From: Nageia nagi
Taxonomy: Eukaryota; Plantae; Pinophyta
Direction: 5' to 3'
Assembly: GCA_050084985.1 (NCBI GenBank)
Contig: JBITNC010000001.1
Span: 167,462,001 to 167,526,000 of the forward strand
Length of the DNA: 64,000 nucleotides
Shown here: one piece after another, positions 14,073 through 27,542 of the stretch
How positions within the stretch are numbered: position 1 is the stretch's first letter
Layout: each line of letters starts with the position of its first letter
Made by a program: the position numbers and the translations under genes
The notes under the pieces: model-generated
Told to the model about the DNA's origin: nothing
What the model saw: only the letters and a program-made list of their open reading frames with translations
The model's database searches: none

Positions 14073-17000
14073 ATATCCCACTTAGAGACTAAACTATTAT
14101 TCCTCCCAACAACTAAAGACTAAATTATTCTATCCTTGATCTTAATCCAAGAGACCAACCAACGCTGAGCAATAGCTCAACTTCTCCCTTGTCACCACCT
14201 TGGTAAACATGTCTACTAGATTTTGTGATTTATGAATTTTTTCAAGCTTTAAATATCCATATTCCATAATTGAATAAATGAAACATGATACCCAATTTTT
14301 ATATTCTTGGTTCTTGAATGACATGTTGGGTTCTTGGAGAGGTGTATAACACTCTAGCTAGATCACTCCATAATTTGTTTTCTTCTTTCTTATTCCCCAA
14401 CTCTTCCATCAACCTTTAATTTGAAGCCATATAAACTCCTTGCTTGCTTCAATAATAGCTATATACTCTAATTATATGGTTAAAATTGCAAATACATGTA
14501 GTATTTGGAGATCCAACTGACTGCCATTCCACCTATAGTGAGCACATATCATGTTATGCTCCTTCCACTATATGGATCCCCTACCAAATCTAAATCAACA
14601 TACGCTTCTATAAAAACATTATAATCTTCAAAATTTAAACAATAATTTGAGGTTCCTCTTAAATATATGAATATTCATTTAACATCTTGCCAATTAGCCT
14701 TACCTAGATTATTCATAAACCTACTTACCATTCCCACTGTTGTGCTATGTAAGGTCTTATATAGACCATAATGTACACCAAGCTCCTCACTGCATAAGCA
14801 TAAGGAACGTTGGCCATATGGTCAAGTTCCTTTTATTTCTTGGGATGCAAGTCTTTGGTGAACTTGAAGTGATTTACCAAAGGTTGAGAAACTTGTTTAG
14901 CATCCTTCATGTTGAACCTCTTCAATACCTTTGTAACATACTTCTCCTAAGATAAATTTAGTGTGTGGCTTTTTCTATCTTGATTAATCCTCATCCTAAG
15001 GATTTTCTTGGCCTCTCCTAAATCATTCATGTTAAATGTATTTTCCAACTATTTCTTGAGCATGTTTATATCTTGCATACTTGTTTCTATAACCTACATG
15101 TCATCCACATACAATAGAAGAATAACATAATTTCCATTTTCAATATTCTTGAAATAAACATAATGATTAATTTGAGATCTCATCCATAAATCTATTAAAC
15201 TTCATATACACTACCTAGGAGCCTACTTAAGATCATACAAACTCTTTTTCAATTGGAAAAAAAGATTCTTTTTACTTGTAACCTAATACCCCTCCACTTG
15301 TTGCATATAACTTTCCTCTTCTAAATCTCCATGGAGGGAAGCTGTCTTGACATCTAGTTGTTCTATATCAATTCCTCTATAGCAACCAAATTCAAAATAG
15401 TTTGAACATAAGTCATTTTTACAATAGGGAAAAAAATCTCATCATAATCTGTACCTTTCCATTGTGCAAATCATTTTACTACCAATCTTGCCTTATACCC
15501 TTTCTATCCTTGTTCCTCTTTTACTTTGTAGACCCATTTGTTGTGTAGGACCTTCTTCCTAGTAGGAATATCACCAAATCCCAAGTTTAGTTTTGTATAA
15601 GAGAATCCATCTCTTCAACCATTACAAGCTCCTACTGCTTATGGGTTTCCAACTATAATATTTCATCCAAACACTCTAGTTCACTAGCATCAATATACAG
15701 AATATAGTAAAGAGAATGATAATAATGTTCTTGCAACTTACTCTTATAGGCATAACATAATCAAAGAAATGTTGAGGGATTCTATTTGTGCTTCTAGATT
15801 TTCCAAAAAATTTTATAGGAGACTAAGATGCTTATTTTTGTTGTTGTTTAATATTTTGTAGTGGAGTTTGAGGCTCTTAGGCCTCATCTTGCACTTTCTA
15901 TACAGTCTTCTCACTGATATCATCCAGCTCTACAAACTTTGATCCATCTTCCTTTACCTACTCTCTATCCTTATAAAAATGTTTCTCATTAAGGACAACA
16001 TCTCTAGTCTTGATAATCCTATGGTGAGTGTTATCCCATAATCTAAAGCCCAAACCATGTCTACCATAGCCAATAAAATAGTACTTCTCTAATTTTGCAT
16101 CTAATTTCTTCTAATATTATTTTTCTATATGTGCATAAGCTTCACATACAAAAAATTTAAGAAAGGAGTAGATCATAGATTTACCTATCCATGTCTCTTC
16201 TAGAATCCCACCATCCAAACAAGTGTAAGGCCCCCTATTGATCAATTAAATAGTAGTGTCAACACAATTAGACCATAAAGACATAGTAAAACAAGCATGT
16301 ATCATTAGGCATCTTGCATTCTCCATAATGGTCCTATTCATCCTATCAGAAATACCATTTTCTTAAGGTGTTCTTGGAATGACCTTTATCCTTTTGATTC
16401 CATTAAGAGAGCAATAATTATCAAAATCATTACTATAGTATTCTCCACCATTATCTAACTTGAGATTTTTTACTTGCTTACCATTCTCATTTTCCTCTAA
16501 TTATTTCCACTTTTGAAATGTATCAAAGACATTAGACTTATTTCTAATATAGTAAACCCAATTTTTTTCTTATGGAATCATCAATAAAAGATACATAATG
16601 ATTGGAACCATAGAGAGAAGTTACCTGATTCAACCCCATACATTTGTGTGAACCAACTCTAACTTTTCTTTCTCCTTCTCTTTTCAAACTTTCAAGAATC
16701 TTACCCTTTTCTATCTACCATAAATGCAATCCTCACAAAACCCCAAAACTACTTGCTTGAGATTTGGTAGTAATTTTTGTGAGTGCAAAATCTTTATTCC
16801 TTTCTCACTAATGTGGCCTAATTTGCAATGCCACATATTTGCATCTTCTCCTATAGTGAAAATATTTATAGTGTAGATAGATGAGTCAATAAGAAAATAA
16901 AGTGTACCAACTAATTTACCTTTAGCAACCACCATAGAGCATTTTGTTAACTTCTAAGAGTTTTCTCCAAATATAGTTGTGAAACCTTCTTTATCAAGTT

Positions 17001-17930
17001 TACTAGCTGAGATCAAATTTCTCTTTAGATTGGTAATATATTATGCTTCATTTAAAACCAATAGAGTTCCATTGTAAATATAATATTTATCTTTCCTTTT
17101 CCCTCAATTTGGCACTTGGACGGTTGTATCCTAACAAAACCTATTCAAAATTACCTTGAATATACTATACAAAATAATTTTTCTATGATGTAGCATGAAA
17201 AGATGTACCAGAGATAATAACCCAATAATCATTGTTCATATCTAAATACAATATCAAAGCATCCTACAATATTCATTCCTAATGATGATGTCTCAATGAA
17301 GAATTTTCTCCTTGTGCCTTTATTCAAAATAACACCCATAACATCATCAAAAACTAACTTATTAGAACTAGATGTAGAGTTACTACCATTACCAAATTGT
17401 CCCAGCTCTCTAGCAGTGAGCACAAAATTAGAAAATCTTTGATTTCATCATCAAAATCCAATCCTATAGAACTCAATTGACTACTTACTATATTAAACAT
17501 ATTTAAATAATCCTTAGTTGAAGCACCTTCATTTATTTTCATATTAAATAATTTCTTCATAAGAAAAACTTTGTTGGAAGTCGAGGGTTTCTCATACAAC
17601 CTAGCCAGTGCATCCATTATAGCCTTTGTAGTTTTCTCTTTAGAAATGTTGAAGGCAACTATGCTAGACAAGCACAACCTCATTGTTCCCAATGCTTTCC
17701 TCTCTAAGAGAGCCCACTCATCATCAAACATTGTAGTTGGTTTCTTTTCCTTACCTTCTAGAGGTTGGTATAGGTCCTTGTGATAGAGGTAATCCTCCAT
17801 CTACATTTTCTAAACCTAAAAATTATGGCCATTGAATCTTTCTACCCTGAACTTTGAATCCTCTGCAATTTCTCCCACTCAAACAAAATACTTTTCTATC
17901 TAGTACACAAAAAAACATTATAATACCACT

Positions 17931-18418
17931 TGTTAGCATTTTGGTATTATTTAACAATAATATTGAACAATAAATCAATTTAGATTTCCAAAAAAACTTA
18001 AATAACAATAATGAAAAGTAATCACATAAGAGATTAACATAGTATATAATGAGGTTCACCTAATGTGGGCTACATCCATGAAGAATACTCCAATCCTTTA
18101 TTGAAGATTCAAAGAAATAAAAGAAATCACTAACGTTAGTCTATTGTACTCATCCTCTCAATGGATCAATAAAAAAATCTCCAATATGGTCTCTCTCACA
18201 CATCCTTCCCAAATTACAGTAATTGCAATTTAACAATTATGAATTCTAGCTTGGAATTAAACACCAAATGTAGATCCATAAATCATGTTTTTTTTTCTAT
18301 TTTTAGCTAGAGTGAATTTTTCCAATTTAAAAATCTTTCAATTTTTATAATAGAAATAAGTAATTAACAACAAAGATAAAATAGATTATCACCAATTTTT
18401 AGGCTCCTCTTTTCATCA
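17931..18418 (-). repeat. 5' LTR of copia A
   Basis: 488 bp, adjacent to the decayed PBS, followed by the TSD. Confidence 0.9.
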
Positions 18419-19364
18419 CTTGATGATTTCTTGTTACTCATATTTGCATCCATATCAACTAGGTCATTTATAACCATAATACGTAGAAAAAAATATTTCT
18501 CAACTTCTTTTTGATAAATTTTCATACCTTCTATGATTCCCATAGGACACATAAGTGTTTGATGCATTCCTTGAGAGTACCTTTTAATGAGGTTTTTTAT
18601 TCGACAATTACAAGTGACTTTTGTGTATTTTACCACATTAACCATAATTAAATAACTTATGCAAAAATATTTTTAGCTACTACTTGATGAATATCAAATC
18701 TTATTCTATTAAACAATTGGTTGTCATTCCAATGTATATGTTATGTGCATATATTGTGATTATTGCAACCCATAAGATGACATTTCATTAACACCACAAG
18801 CCATTTCATTTCATTTTTTTTTGTGAATATCCAACAAAAAATAGATTCCATGACACAATGTATCTCCTAATATAACTCATAGTATCATATATTGAAATGA
18901 TCATAGAAAATATTATTGAGTTTTTAAATTGCATTTATTTAAAAAAGTACATTGCATTCTCAACAAACCTATATTGTTTACATTCAACTCTCATTATATA
19001 CCGTGTGACTAACTCTCTACTAAATTTATTTTGTAAAATGAAACATATATCATTTGCATCAGTGTTATGCATAACAAATGATGGTGAAATAAAAATTTTC
19101 AAAATATGGCAAAGTTGATTCGGAGTCATGGTGAAAATGTATGAAAATCATGTATAGTAAATGGAAAAATAAATAATTCTTTTTTTTTAAAAAAGATGTA
19201 AAGTATTGGTGATATTATATTGATATTTAGTTTATTATGGGTGTCTAAATATAACTAAATACTACCATCAAATAATACCTTTAGAAATCGTAAAGTAATT
19301 AAAGACTACCATCTCAAAAAGTTAGGATGCATAAGAGCATATTAAAAATATAGATGATTGTCTT

Positions 19365-20350
19365 CACTTTCTAAAGCTCATAACTTTTTTTATAGATCTT
19401 AAATTAATTTATATGATATACTATTGGATATATATTGAAAATATCTTTAAAATGAGTTGTTACATGACCCCTTTTGAGCATGTAATGATTCATCAAAGGA
19501 AACAAATTGCTAACAGTCATCTACAAGAAAATGCAGATGATCATTTGCATTTTTTTACAAATGATCATTAGAATTTTTTTTCCATTAATGAATCATTACT
19601 TTCTCAAAAGGGGTCATATGACCACTCATTTTAAAAATATTTTCAATATCTATCCAATGGTATATAATTTAAATCAATTGGAGACCTATAAAAAAAGTTA
19701 TGGGGTTTAGAAATTGAAAAAAAATTAATCACTTTCTAAGGCCCATAACATTTTTTTATAAATCTCATACTCATGCAAATGATATACCATTGGATAGATA
19801 TTGAAAATACCTTTTAAATGAGTTGTCATATGACCCCTTTTGAGCAAGGAATGAGTAATCAAAGGTAAAAAATTGATAACAATCATCTGTAATAAAATGT
19901 AGACACATCAACATTTTTTCCTTCAAATGATGATTCATTCCTTGCTTAAAAGGGATCATGTTAAAAATCATTTTAAATCTCTTTTCAAGATCTATCTAAT
20001 GGTATATCATTTAAATCTATTGGATACCTATAAAAAAAGTTATGGGATTTATAAATTGATTAAAAAAATCAATCATTTTCTAAAGCTGATAACTTTTTTT
20101 ATAGGTATTGTATCCATGTAAATATATACCATTGGATAGATCTCAAAATGACCTTTAAAATGAGTGATGACACAATCTCTTTTGAGTAAGGAATGAATCA
20201 ACAAAGTGCATTTAAATGTAGACAATCATTTGCATTTTCTTGTAGATGACTGTCAACATTTTTTTACCTTTAATGACTCATTCTTTGTGACCACTCATTT
20301 TAAAAGTCATTTACATTGATTGAAGTACTCTAAAAAAGTTATGGGCTATA
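19365..20350. repeat. Three serial ~350-bp imperfect palindromes (alternating orientation of a ~180-bp unit)
   Basis: CATAACTTTTTTTATAG...ATGACCCCTTTTGAG recurs forward at ~19380, ~19745 and ~20090. Its reverse complement CTCAAAAGGGGTCAT...CTATAAAAAAAGTTATG occurs at ~19603-19702, ~19945-20044 and partially to 20345. First centre ATGCAGATGATCATTTGCAT ~19540. Confidence 0.85.
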
Positions 20351-20370
20351 GAATTTTATGAGCATTTCTA

Positions 20371-20660
20371 ATCTTAAGGTGATGAGCATTTGCAATCTTA
20401 AGATGATGAGTGTCTACAATCCTTAAATGACAAGCGTATGTAACACTTAGGTGATGATCATTTACATACCTTAGGTGATAAGCATATGCAATCTTTAGGT
20501 GATGATTGTATGCAATATTTAGGTGATGATCATCTAAAATCTTTAGGTGATGATCATATGCATCTTTAAATGATTAGCATCCACAATCTTTAGATGATGA
20601 TTATTTACAATATTTAGGTGATAAGCATATATAATCTTTAGGTGACAAGCATCTGCAATT
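20371..20660 (+). repeat. 24-bp minisatellite, ~12 copies
   Basis: Consensus TTTAGGTGATGATCATATGCAATC; period 24 measured at 20473/20497/20521. Confidence 0.9.
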
Positions 20661-22810
20661 TCATAGAAATGTAAAATGATCATCTAATTGAAGTAATTTG
20701 ATTGCTATAAAATGATTATAAATTTATATATAGGGTATTATTGGTGATTTCATCAATAAATGACAATTTTTTTTTTCTTTTCAAGGCTATATCTTGTGAA
20801 AATATAGGAGGTATAAGTGGCTATTTGCATTTATCTTTATAAAAAAATTATAAAAGGTTGATGGGCCGACCCATAATTCTTTTTATTCTTGTAAAATTCG
20901 GGCTAAATGGTGTAATATTCAAGGTTTGAATATTTGAAATATTTAAATATAAAAAATCCTATATTAGCCAATTGGGAAATATTCATCGCTATGCATAACA
21001 CTGATTTACATATTTTTAAACTTACATTCATGTCTAATAGAGCATTTACAACCATAACAACTAAGAAAGATGCTATTTTAAAGAGCCTTTGATATATTTG
21101 TAAGCTCAATTCATTATAAATGCACCATTTTGGTATGTTTGAAATATGCACGTAATATTACTATTGATTATTACACTTAAAGTTCTCAATTGTTGCTTGA
21201 GCTCTCACAACTTTCTAGAGCATACTTTATATGGTCGCTAATCCTATATCTTTCATAGAATTAAGTGTAGTGTTTAATACCTTAAAACCTTCTAATATGT
21301 TTAAAGATATCAATGATATGGGATTTAAAAACAAACAAAGATTCAAGAGTTTTGTAAAATTTTCAAATAGAGACAGGTAATAAGTGAAATAAAGCTTTAA
21401 AGATTAAGATACTTTAACACATTTGAAACCATAAAGGAAGTGAAAATAAGAAATAAATTGCTAAGGCCAAGGCAAAAGAAGTTCAATATCAAAAGCTTTT
21501 TCTTCAAGGTTGAAAGTGTAACATAAGCATTGAAATGATAGTTTGGCCAAAAAAAAGGAAACATCCTTACATCTTTCAACTAGATTCAAACAATCAAGAG
21601 TTGCTTAATTATACTTTTTATTGGCTAGGATAAATATAATTTTATTATATGCAACTACAAGTTATGTAAGAGAGATACGCATTCATTCTTAATTTTTAAT
21701 ATCATTTAGTTTTGATGAAATGATGGAAGATAAAATCATGGAGTATTTTCTGCAAAATTTTAAGAATAATTGTCATGCATTTTAGGTTTATTGCTAGTTA
21801 CTATTTTAATAAGCATCACTATATTATGCTTGATTTTGTTATAGATATTTGTTTAATGATAAATTTTCATTATGTGGGTGTGAGTGATTGTGGTCAATTG
21901 TCCTAGAAGTATTGTTGTTTTTCTTGAAATATTTATAAATTGTTAATTGTTTTTCTTTATATGAGAAATAATCATTCAAATACCTTATTAATATATATTT
22001 ACATTTCAACAAACTTTTATTTGAGTAGTTTTATGATCCAATGGATTTGAAAGGATGTTAAAAGACATCTACATATTTAATAATGTAACTTCAAAATTCC
22101 AATAATTTTTATGATCCTTTTGAATTTTAATATTTTCAATAATGATATTATTTATCTATGATTATTAAATTTGTATTAAGTAAGAAAAATATTTTTATTT
22201 TACATTTATTATGGATGTATAGTAATAAACATAATGAATAATTAAGATTTAGAAAATGTTTAAACCATTTTATTCATGACATTTTAATTACCAACAAATG
22301 TAATAAAAAATATATTAAAATACTTCTTCAACTCATTCATTTCAACTTATTGATCCCTTTTTTTTTATTAAACCACCCTTATCGATCAATTTCTTGAAAT
22401 TCGATTCCATGTCTAAGGGATTTTAATTCGTCAAAGTCACTAGGGATGACCTCACTTACACCAACATGATCACCCATCCGTTCAACTTAGCATATTCACA
22501 TAATGTGAGAAGGAAGAGTTTTGAATCTTCTTTTTCCTATTTATTCCTAAAAAAGAAATAACACTTTTATTATCATAATAAAATAAAAGTTTAAAAAATA
22601 CACATTGATATTTGAAATGGATTGAAGATCTACTTTATAACATAAGTGTAAAACTATAATTTTTGTAGTAGGCCTATAAAAGATTAATCAAATTGATTGG
22701 CAGCAAAAAATGAGATGAGACACTGATCCTCCTATTCATGGAAGAACATGAACATGTGTGCTCCATATGATATTTCTAATGAACATGGATATTAAGTGAG
22801 TCTTAAGAAT

Positions 22811-25800
22811 TGTCACAACCCACCTCAAGACACTGTTTGACCTCGAGTACCATCAAGGATTTGAATGAAATATGTTTGCATAATACTATTGTAATAACAA
22901 GTTTGATATGGGAATATGTATCATTTGTGACAATTTAATGCTAGCTTCGAGATGTTTTGACACAAGTCACAAAGTGGAGAAGTGACTCGATGGCCTTATG
23001 GACTAAAGGCGAATTGGTGATGGGAATAGAAGGGTAAGAGGAGGAAATGATTAGCATTGATTCACTGACATACTCTATGACCTTCGTATATCATGTAGGT
23101 GCATTTAGAATAATTGTTGTGATTGTTAATTACTTCATGAAAATATGTTTGTAAAAATGTATGCATTAACCTTACTCTATAGGATGAGGTAACCATCATA
23201 GGTCAAGGTGTGTTTTCTCTTGTTTTGTATTTTTAAAATTTGAATTTGAAATAGAGGAAAAAAGGGGATATACCTTTAGTTAAATTTAAAAATTATTTTT
23301 AAAGTTAGAAATATAAATTTAATGAGGTAAAAGTTGAATATGAGTGTCCATATTATTGCCACATAGGGCCAATAGTAAAAACACTATTAGATAGAGACTA
23401 AGGTCTCCTTGTGGTATTACATGATATTAATAGCTAAGGAAATAATAGAGTGATGACCCTACTTAATTTTGTATTTTATTGTTAGGTATGGATAAGAGTT
23501 GGCACTAAATTATCAATTAATGAAAAAGATTCCAAAGTACTAAATGCCATTACCATCATTTCCAACTTTAAGCAAACCTAACCAAAAATTATTGAGGGAG
23601 TGAGGAGACATCCATTTGGACACATTTGAGCCTCTTTAGTGATAAGTAAAGGAGTAGAGCATTGGAAAAATACTAACTACTTATCTATCTCTTGTTATTT
23701 TCATTTTGTTTTGGTTATTCTCAAGCTTGGATTATATGAAGAAAGGAAGTCTCCCTTTCCTCTCCAAATCAAGGTGCATTCTTTTGTATTTTTCTAATAT
23801 GTCTAGTTAAAGTAGTATTCTTTTGGTATTATTTCAAATATGTATGGTAGGATTCTTTGATAAAAGGTTGTGAAATAGTTAATGATAATGGCCTTGCTCT
23901 ATTTGAAATGACATGCTACCTAGTATATTTAATGTATTCATGTGATGGATGGTACTTTATGTTGCTTTTGAAAAGAGCATAATTTTATATAGAATATTTG
24001 TAATTTGTTGAGAAAGGTTTTATTTTAAACTTTATTGAATTATCACTCTTTTATATAATGGATTTGATAATGTCCCTATTGTATATGCCCATGAATTTTC
24101 TTTACAAACAATTTGAGTTTTTCCCTTAGATCTTCATCCATGCTACTTGATAGGTTTACGCATTCATTTGAAGAGTACATATACTGGCCTAAGCTTAGAA
24201 TCTGAGGGAAAAATTTTCTTGATTTGATTGTTATTTTTTTAGATCATGCATCCTTTCAATTTTGTGTTAATATGTTTATGTATTTTTCCCAATTTTGCAT
24301 GTATGAGTCCTCACAATCGTAGTCTTCAAAGAGAAACCATTTTTCCAACTATTTTCAATAGAATTCCAAATTTTTCCATGATAGCCATATCAAAGGTATG
24401 CTAGCAAAAATATTGTAGAGTCTGGTTCGACTCACCTTTTGATTCTACGTGCATCTTGTGATCTTTGTATTCTATAAGACTATGTTACTTACTCCTTTGT
24501 ATGTTGAATGTACCCTGTGAACTTTACAATCATGAAACTCTATAAAGCTTTTTTGGGACCAGTTGTAATTTGGGTATTTGAAGCCATGCTAAATACATTT
24601 AGATATCTTACCATTCCTTAAGAGCACTAGAAAAAGGCCCCTATATTGATTGAACTTATATACCCCCTACAAAAAAAATGTTAGTACATATCCTACTAAT
24701 ATTGTAGCAAATGAAAATTGGATAACTCTCATGTCTTATTTTCTATGAATGTATATGGATAGCAAGGAACTCACGAATCTTCCCTTACATGAGGAGAAAT
24801 CAACAATATTGAATGGACCCTTTTGCCTTGTTCTAAACCTCTCACCATATGAATCTGACTTTACTCTAAAGTTTGCATATCATGGAACTACTTCATGTTT
24901 AGGAACTTGTTAATCAAATTTATTTTTCCTTTCAAAATGTTTCCTTGTAGTTCTTTATAGAGTGTGAATGAACCATGCTAAAACAACCCCATCTTGCTAC
25001 CAGACCATACAAAGGAAAAACTAAAGCATGGTTAAAATTTGTCACTCATTGCATGTAGATTGTAAGAAATTAAAAAAAAACCCTCATGTGATCTCCATGC
25101 TTCATCCATGTATTATGTGGTCTTTTCCCTCTTTTAATTTTAATGACATCTTCAATTTATATTAATGGATTGAATATTTAATTTAAAGAGTGATTATAAG
25201 AATAGTTTTGTAAAGCATCGTCTCTTTTTTATGTTGACTATTATGGTAAACTTTAAGTCTTTATTTTATTACAAGTGTAAGAAATAAGATTGATAAATAA
25301 TAAAATCAAGTGTACTCAAATAAAAACATTACCAAAACAAAAAAAAAAGAGCATTAATATGTTGGTGGAATAAAGAAGAAGGGATATAATATTTATAATA
25401 TGTATGTTATACCATATAATAATAATAAAAAAAGTAAATTTAAGAAGTTAAAAATGAGTTGATATATTATGAACATAGTAATTAATGATAAGTGAATTTA
25501 TTATTAAGATGAATTTAATTATAAATTGTTCGACCAAGGAAGGGAGGTAGTCTGAAAATGACCTAAATTCCTCCCAAGGTCTCAAGTGAATGAATGCATT
25601 GCATTATGGTCATAAAATATAAGGGATGTTGATAAATGAAGTCACAAGGTATGTTCAATCTTCTTGTAATTGATCAATAACTTAGAAAAGTTTAATGAGG
25701 ATTATTTGGTATTCATCTCTTGTTAATATACTGAATGATGAATGAAAAATAAATGATCTTGCTTTCTTTTAATGAATAGCATTATGATTATTACATTGAT

Positions 25801-27055
25801 TAATGCTTTGATAAATAGGAGCAAGGATTAATACTTGTTATTGCATGATAAGTAGTGGTATTAGAAAATCGATCTAAATAGACTCCTAACGAAGTAGATG
25901 GATTAGATTATTAATCTCAAGAAATCCAAAATTATGCCAATAACTTAGAATCAACCTTAAATAAAGTTAAGGTTCCAAATGATAATTTGTGATCATTTAG
26001 GATACTTAGGGATCCTTGGAATCAAATTGGATATCAATGGGATCCCATGAGATAAATGGAATCATTCAGAATTCTTTTGGACGAATGTAAGAAAAATGAC
26101 GAAGAACCTTTGCCAAGTAAACCTACCTTACTAGGCGACAAACAAAAGGAATATTCTTTGCGTGAGGACCAAATAGAGCCGCACTACTTTTGTACCAGTT
26201 GTGGCTAGATCTTTCCTCTCAACTTGTTACTTATGTATTCAAAAGATCTTTTAAAAAGTGGATCCGTATACATGATACAATGCGTATGGGATAAACAAGA
26301 AAACATGTGACTTCCTAAGTAAGCTTGTAATTGAAACTTTTGACAAAAATGAATGGTGTTAAACCTTATAACTTATCTTATATCCATTTCACTATTTGAA
26401 AACATTAGTTTATGGTCAGTAGGACATAGGTGGTTCTTTCTGTCAACACATTTTAAAATAGATTAGACTAAAGAACCACTTGAGGATATTGTTTAATATC
26501 CATGGCTCCCCATGTTATGGGCATGGAGATGTCGAACCACATGGTTGGACTAGCCGATAGTTATGGGTAGGTTAGTATTCATATCCTCCGACAGAAAAAC
26601 TACTATTACTGGGTGAGGGTAACTAGTAGTCATATCACTTGCAATTAGCAGATAAGGGTATGATGGTTGTTCCATAGGCAATGCTACTCGCTTATAAAGA
26701 AGCTTGCTTAGGACAAGTTAATTGGTCTTATGAAACGGAGAGTTATCATCAGGAGACGATGACTAACTTAGTGGAAGTGCTATCTCTCAGTTGTTATGGG
26801 CCTCGAATAGAAAACCACTACACCGTAATCAGAAAGCCTATTGCACATGAGATGTGGAATAAAAATGGTGAGATTACTTTTGAGGTGTCTTTTCAACAGG
26901 ATGAATGTTGAAAAGTGAACACTAGAAAAATTTATCATATCAAACTCATGTGAGATGGCCTGGTTCATTTCTAGATCATTCAAGTGTTACATTTATAAAA
27001 AAATTAAGTTAAACATTTAGAGCTTTGATTGATGATAATTAGTGGATGCATTACA
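22811..27055. mobile_element. Large solo-LTR-like insertion (4245 bp)
   Basis: Starts TGTCAC, ends ...ATTACA, flanked by 5-bp TSD AGAAT (22806-10 / 27056-60). Copy B has a single AGAAT (49251-55). No coding domains or second LTR seen inside. Confidence 0.8.
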
Positions 27056-27325
27056 AGAATGCATGCATTAATTTGAGAAGATATATACTCTAAACAGATT
27101 TTTCCATGTTCTATAGCTCCACTTAGCATGCATAAGCTTAGCTCTTGGAATTAGAGCATACGATCATTAATTCTACCCTTGCCAGAAAGCACGTACAAAC
27201 CATTCAAAACCATTCAACTATTTACATTACATTATTCTCATCTTACAAGGAATGCATTCTACGAGACAAATAAACCACTCTATGAAATTCAACACACTTT
27301 CCTTCTCGTAAGCACCAAATTGGAT

Positions 27326-27542
27326 CTAAGAGAAGCATGAGCCCTCGTTTATGAGGACTACAGCAGGCTTGGAATCCTCCTGTTGCATAATCATGGGCTT
27401 CGCAAAGTAGTATATTGGTATTCTGGGGCATTCATGGTTGTGAATACCCTCATAGCTTGTAATCACCAACTCCGCATCGTTGTTATCACGTTCTACTCTT
27501 TTCTTAACACCACACTCCCCCTCAGAACACCTGTAATAGCTC
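27326..27542 (-). CDS. WRKY exon 3 (zinc finger)
   Basis: Acceptor TTTCAG|G; SYYRCSEGECGVKKRVERD...YEGIHNH; TAG stop at 27326. Confidence 0.92.

Larger units (their letters stand above)
13586..18418 (-). mobile_element. Ty1/copia LTR retrotransposon (Tnt1/Tork-like), full-length, heavily degenerate
   Basis: LTRs 13586-14072 and 17931-18418, both TG...CA. 5-bp TSD CTTGA at 13581-85 and 18419-23. Decayed PBS ~17921-28, PPT 14073-83. gag MEDYLYHKDLYQPL, GAG-pre-integrase WHCKLGHISEKG, RNase H end KIHKSQNLVDMFTK. Empty site at 46726. Confidence 0.95.
19060..21003. mobile_element. Non-autonomous hAT-type DNA transposon (1944 bp)
   Basis: Perfect 14-bp TIRs CAGTGTTATGCATA / TATGCATAACACTG. 8-bp TSD ATTTGCAT (19052-59) / ATTTACAT (21004-11). 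Single ATTTGCAT at the empty site (~47403) in copy B. No transposase. Confidence 0.9.
13430..21620 (-). pseudogene. PLS-class PPR gene relic A2, interrupted by copia (13586-18418) and hAT (19060-21003)
   Basis: ORF fragments IYQRLFKIASFLVVMVVNALLDM and GMKIYQKEVEKYFFLRIMVINDLVDMDA match the PPR L/S motif GMEIHQ..IE.GF.SDVVV.NALIDMYAK. Confidence 0.65.

Noticed and set aside
22655-22672. TTTTGTAGTA as a possible CACTA terminus
   Set aside because: Not conserved in the paralogous positions (~45865, ~49112), with no matching left TIR or 3-bp TSD.
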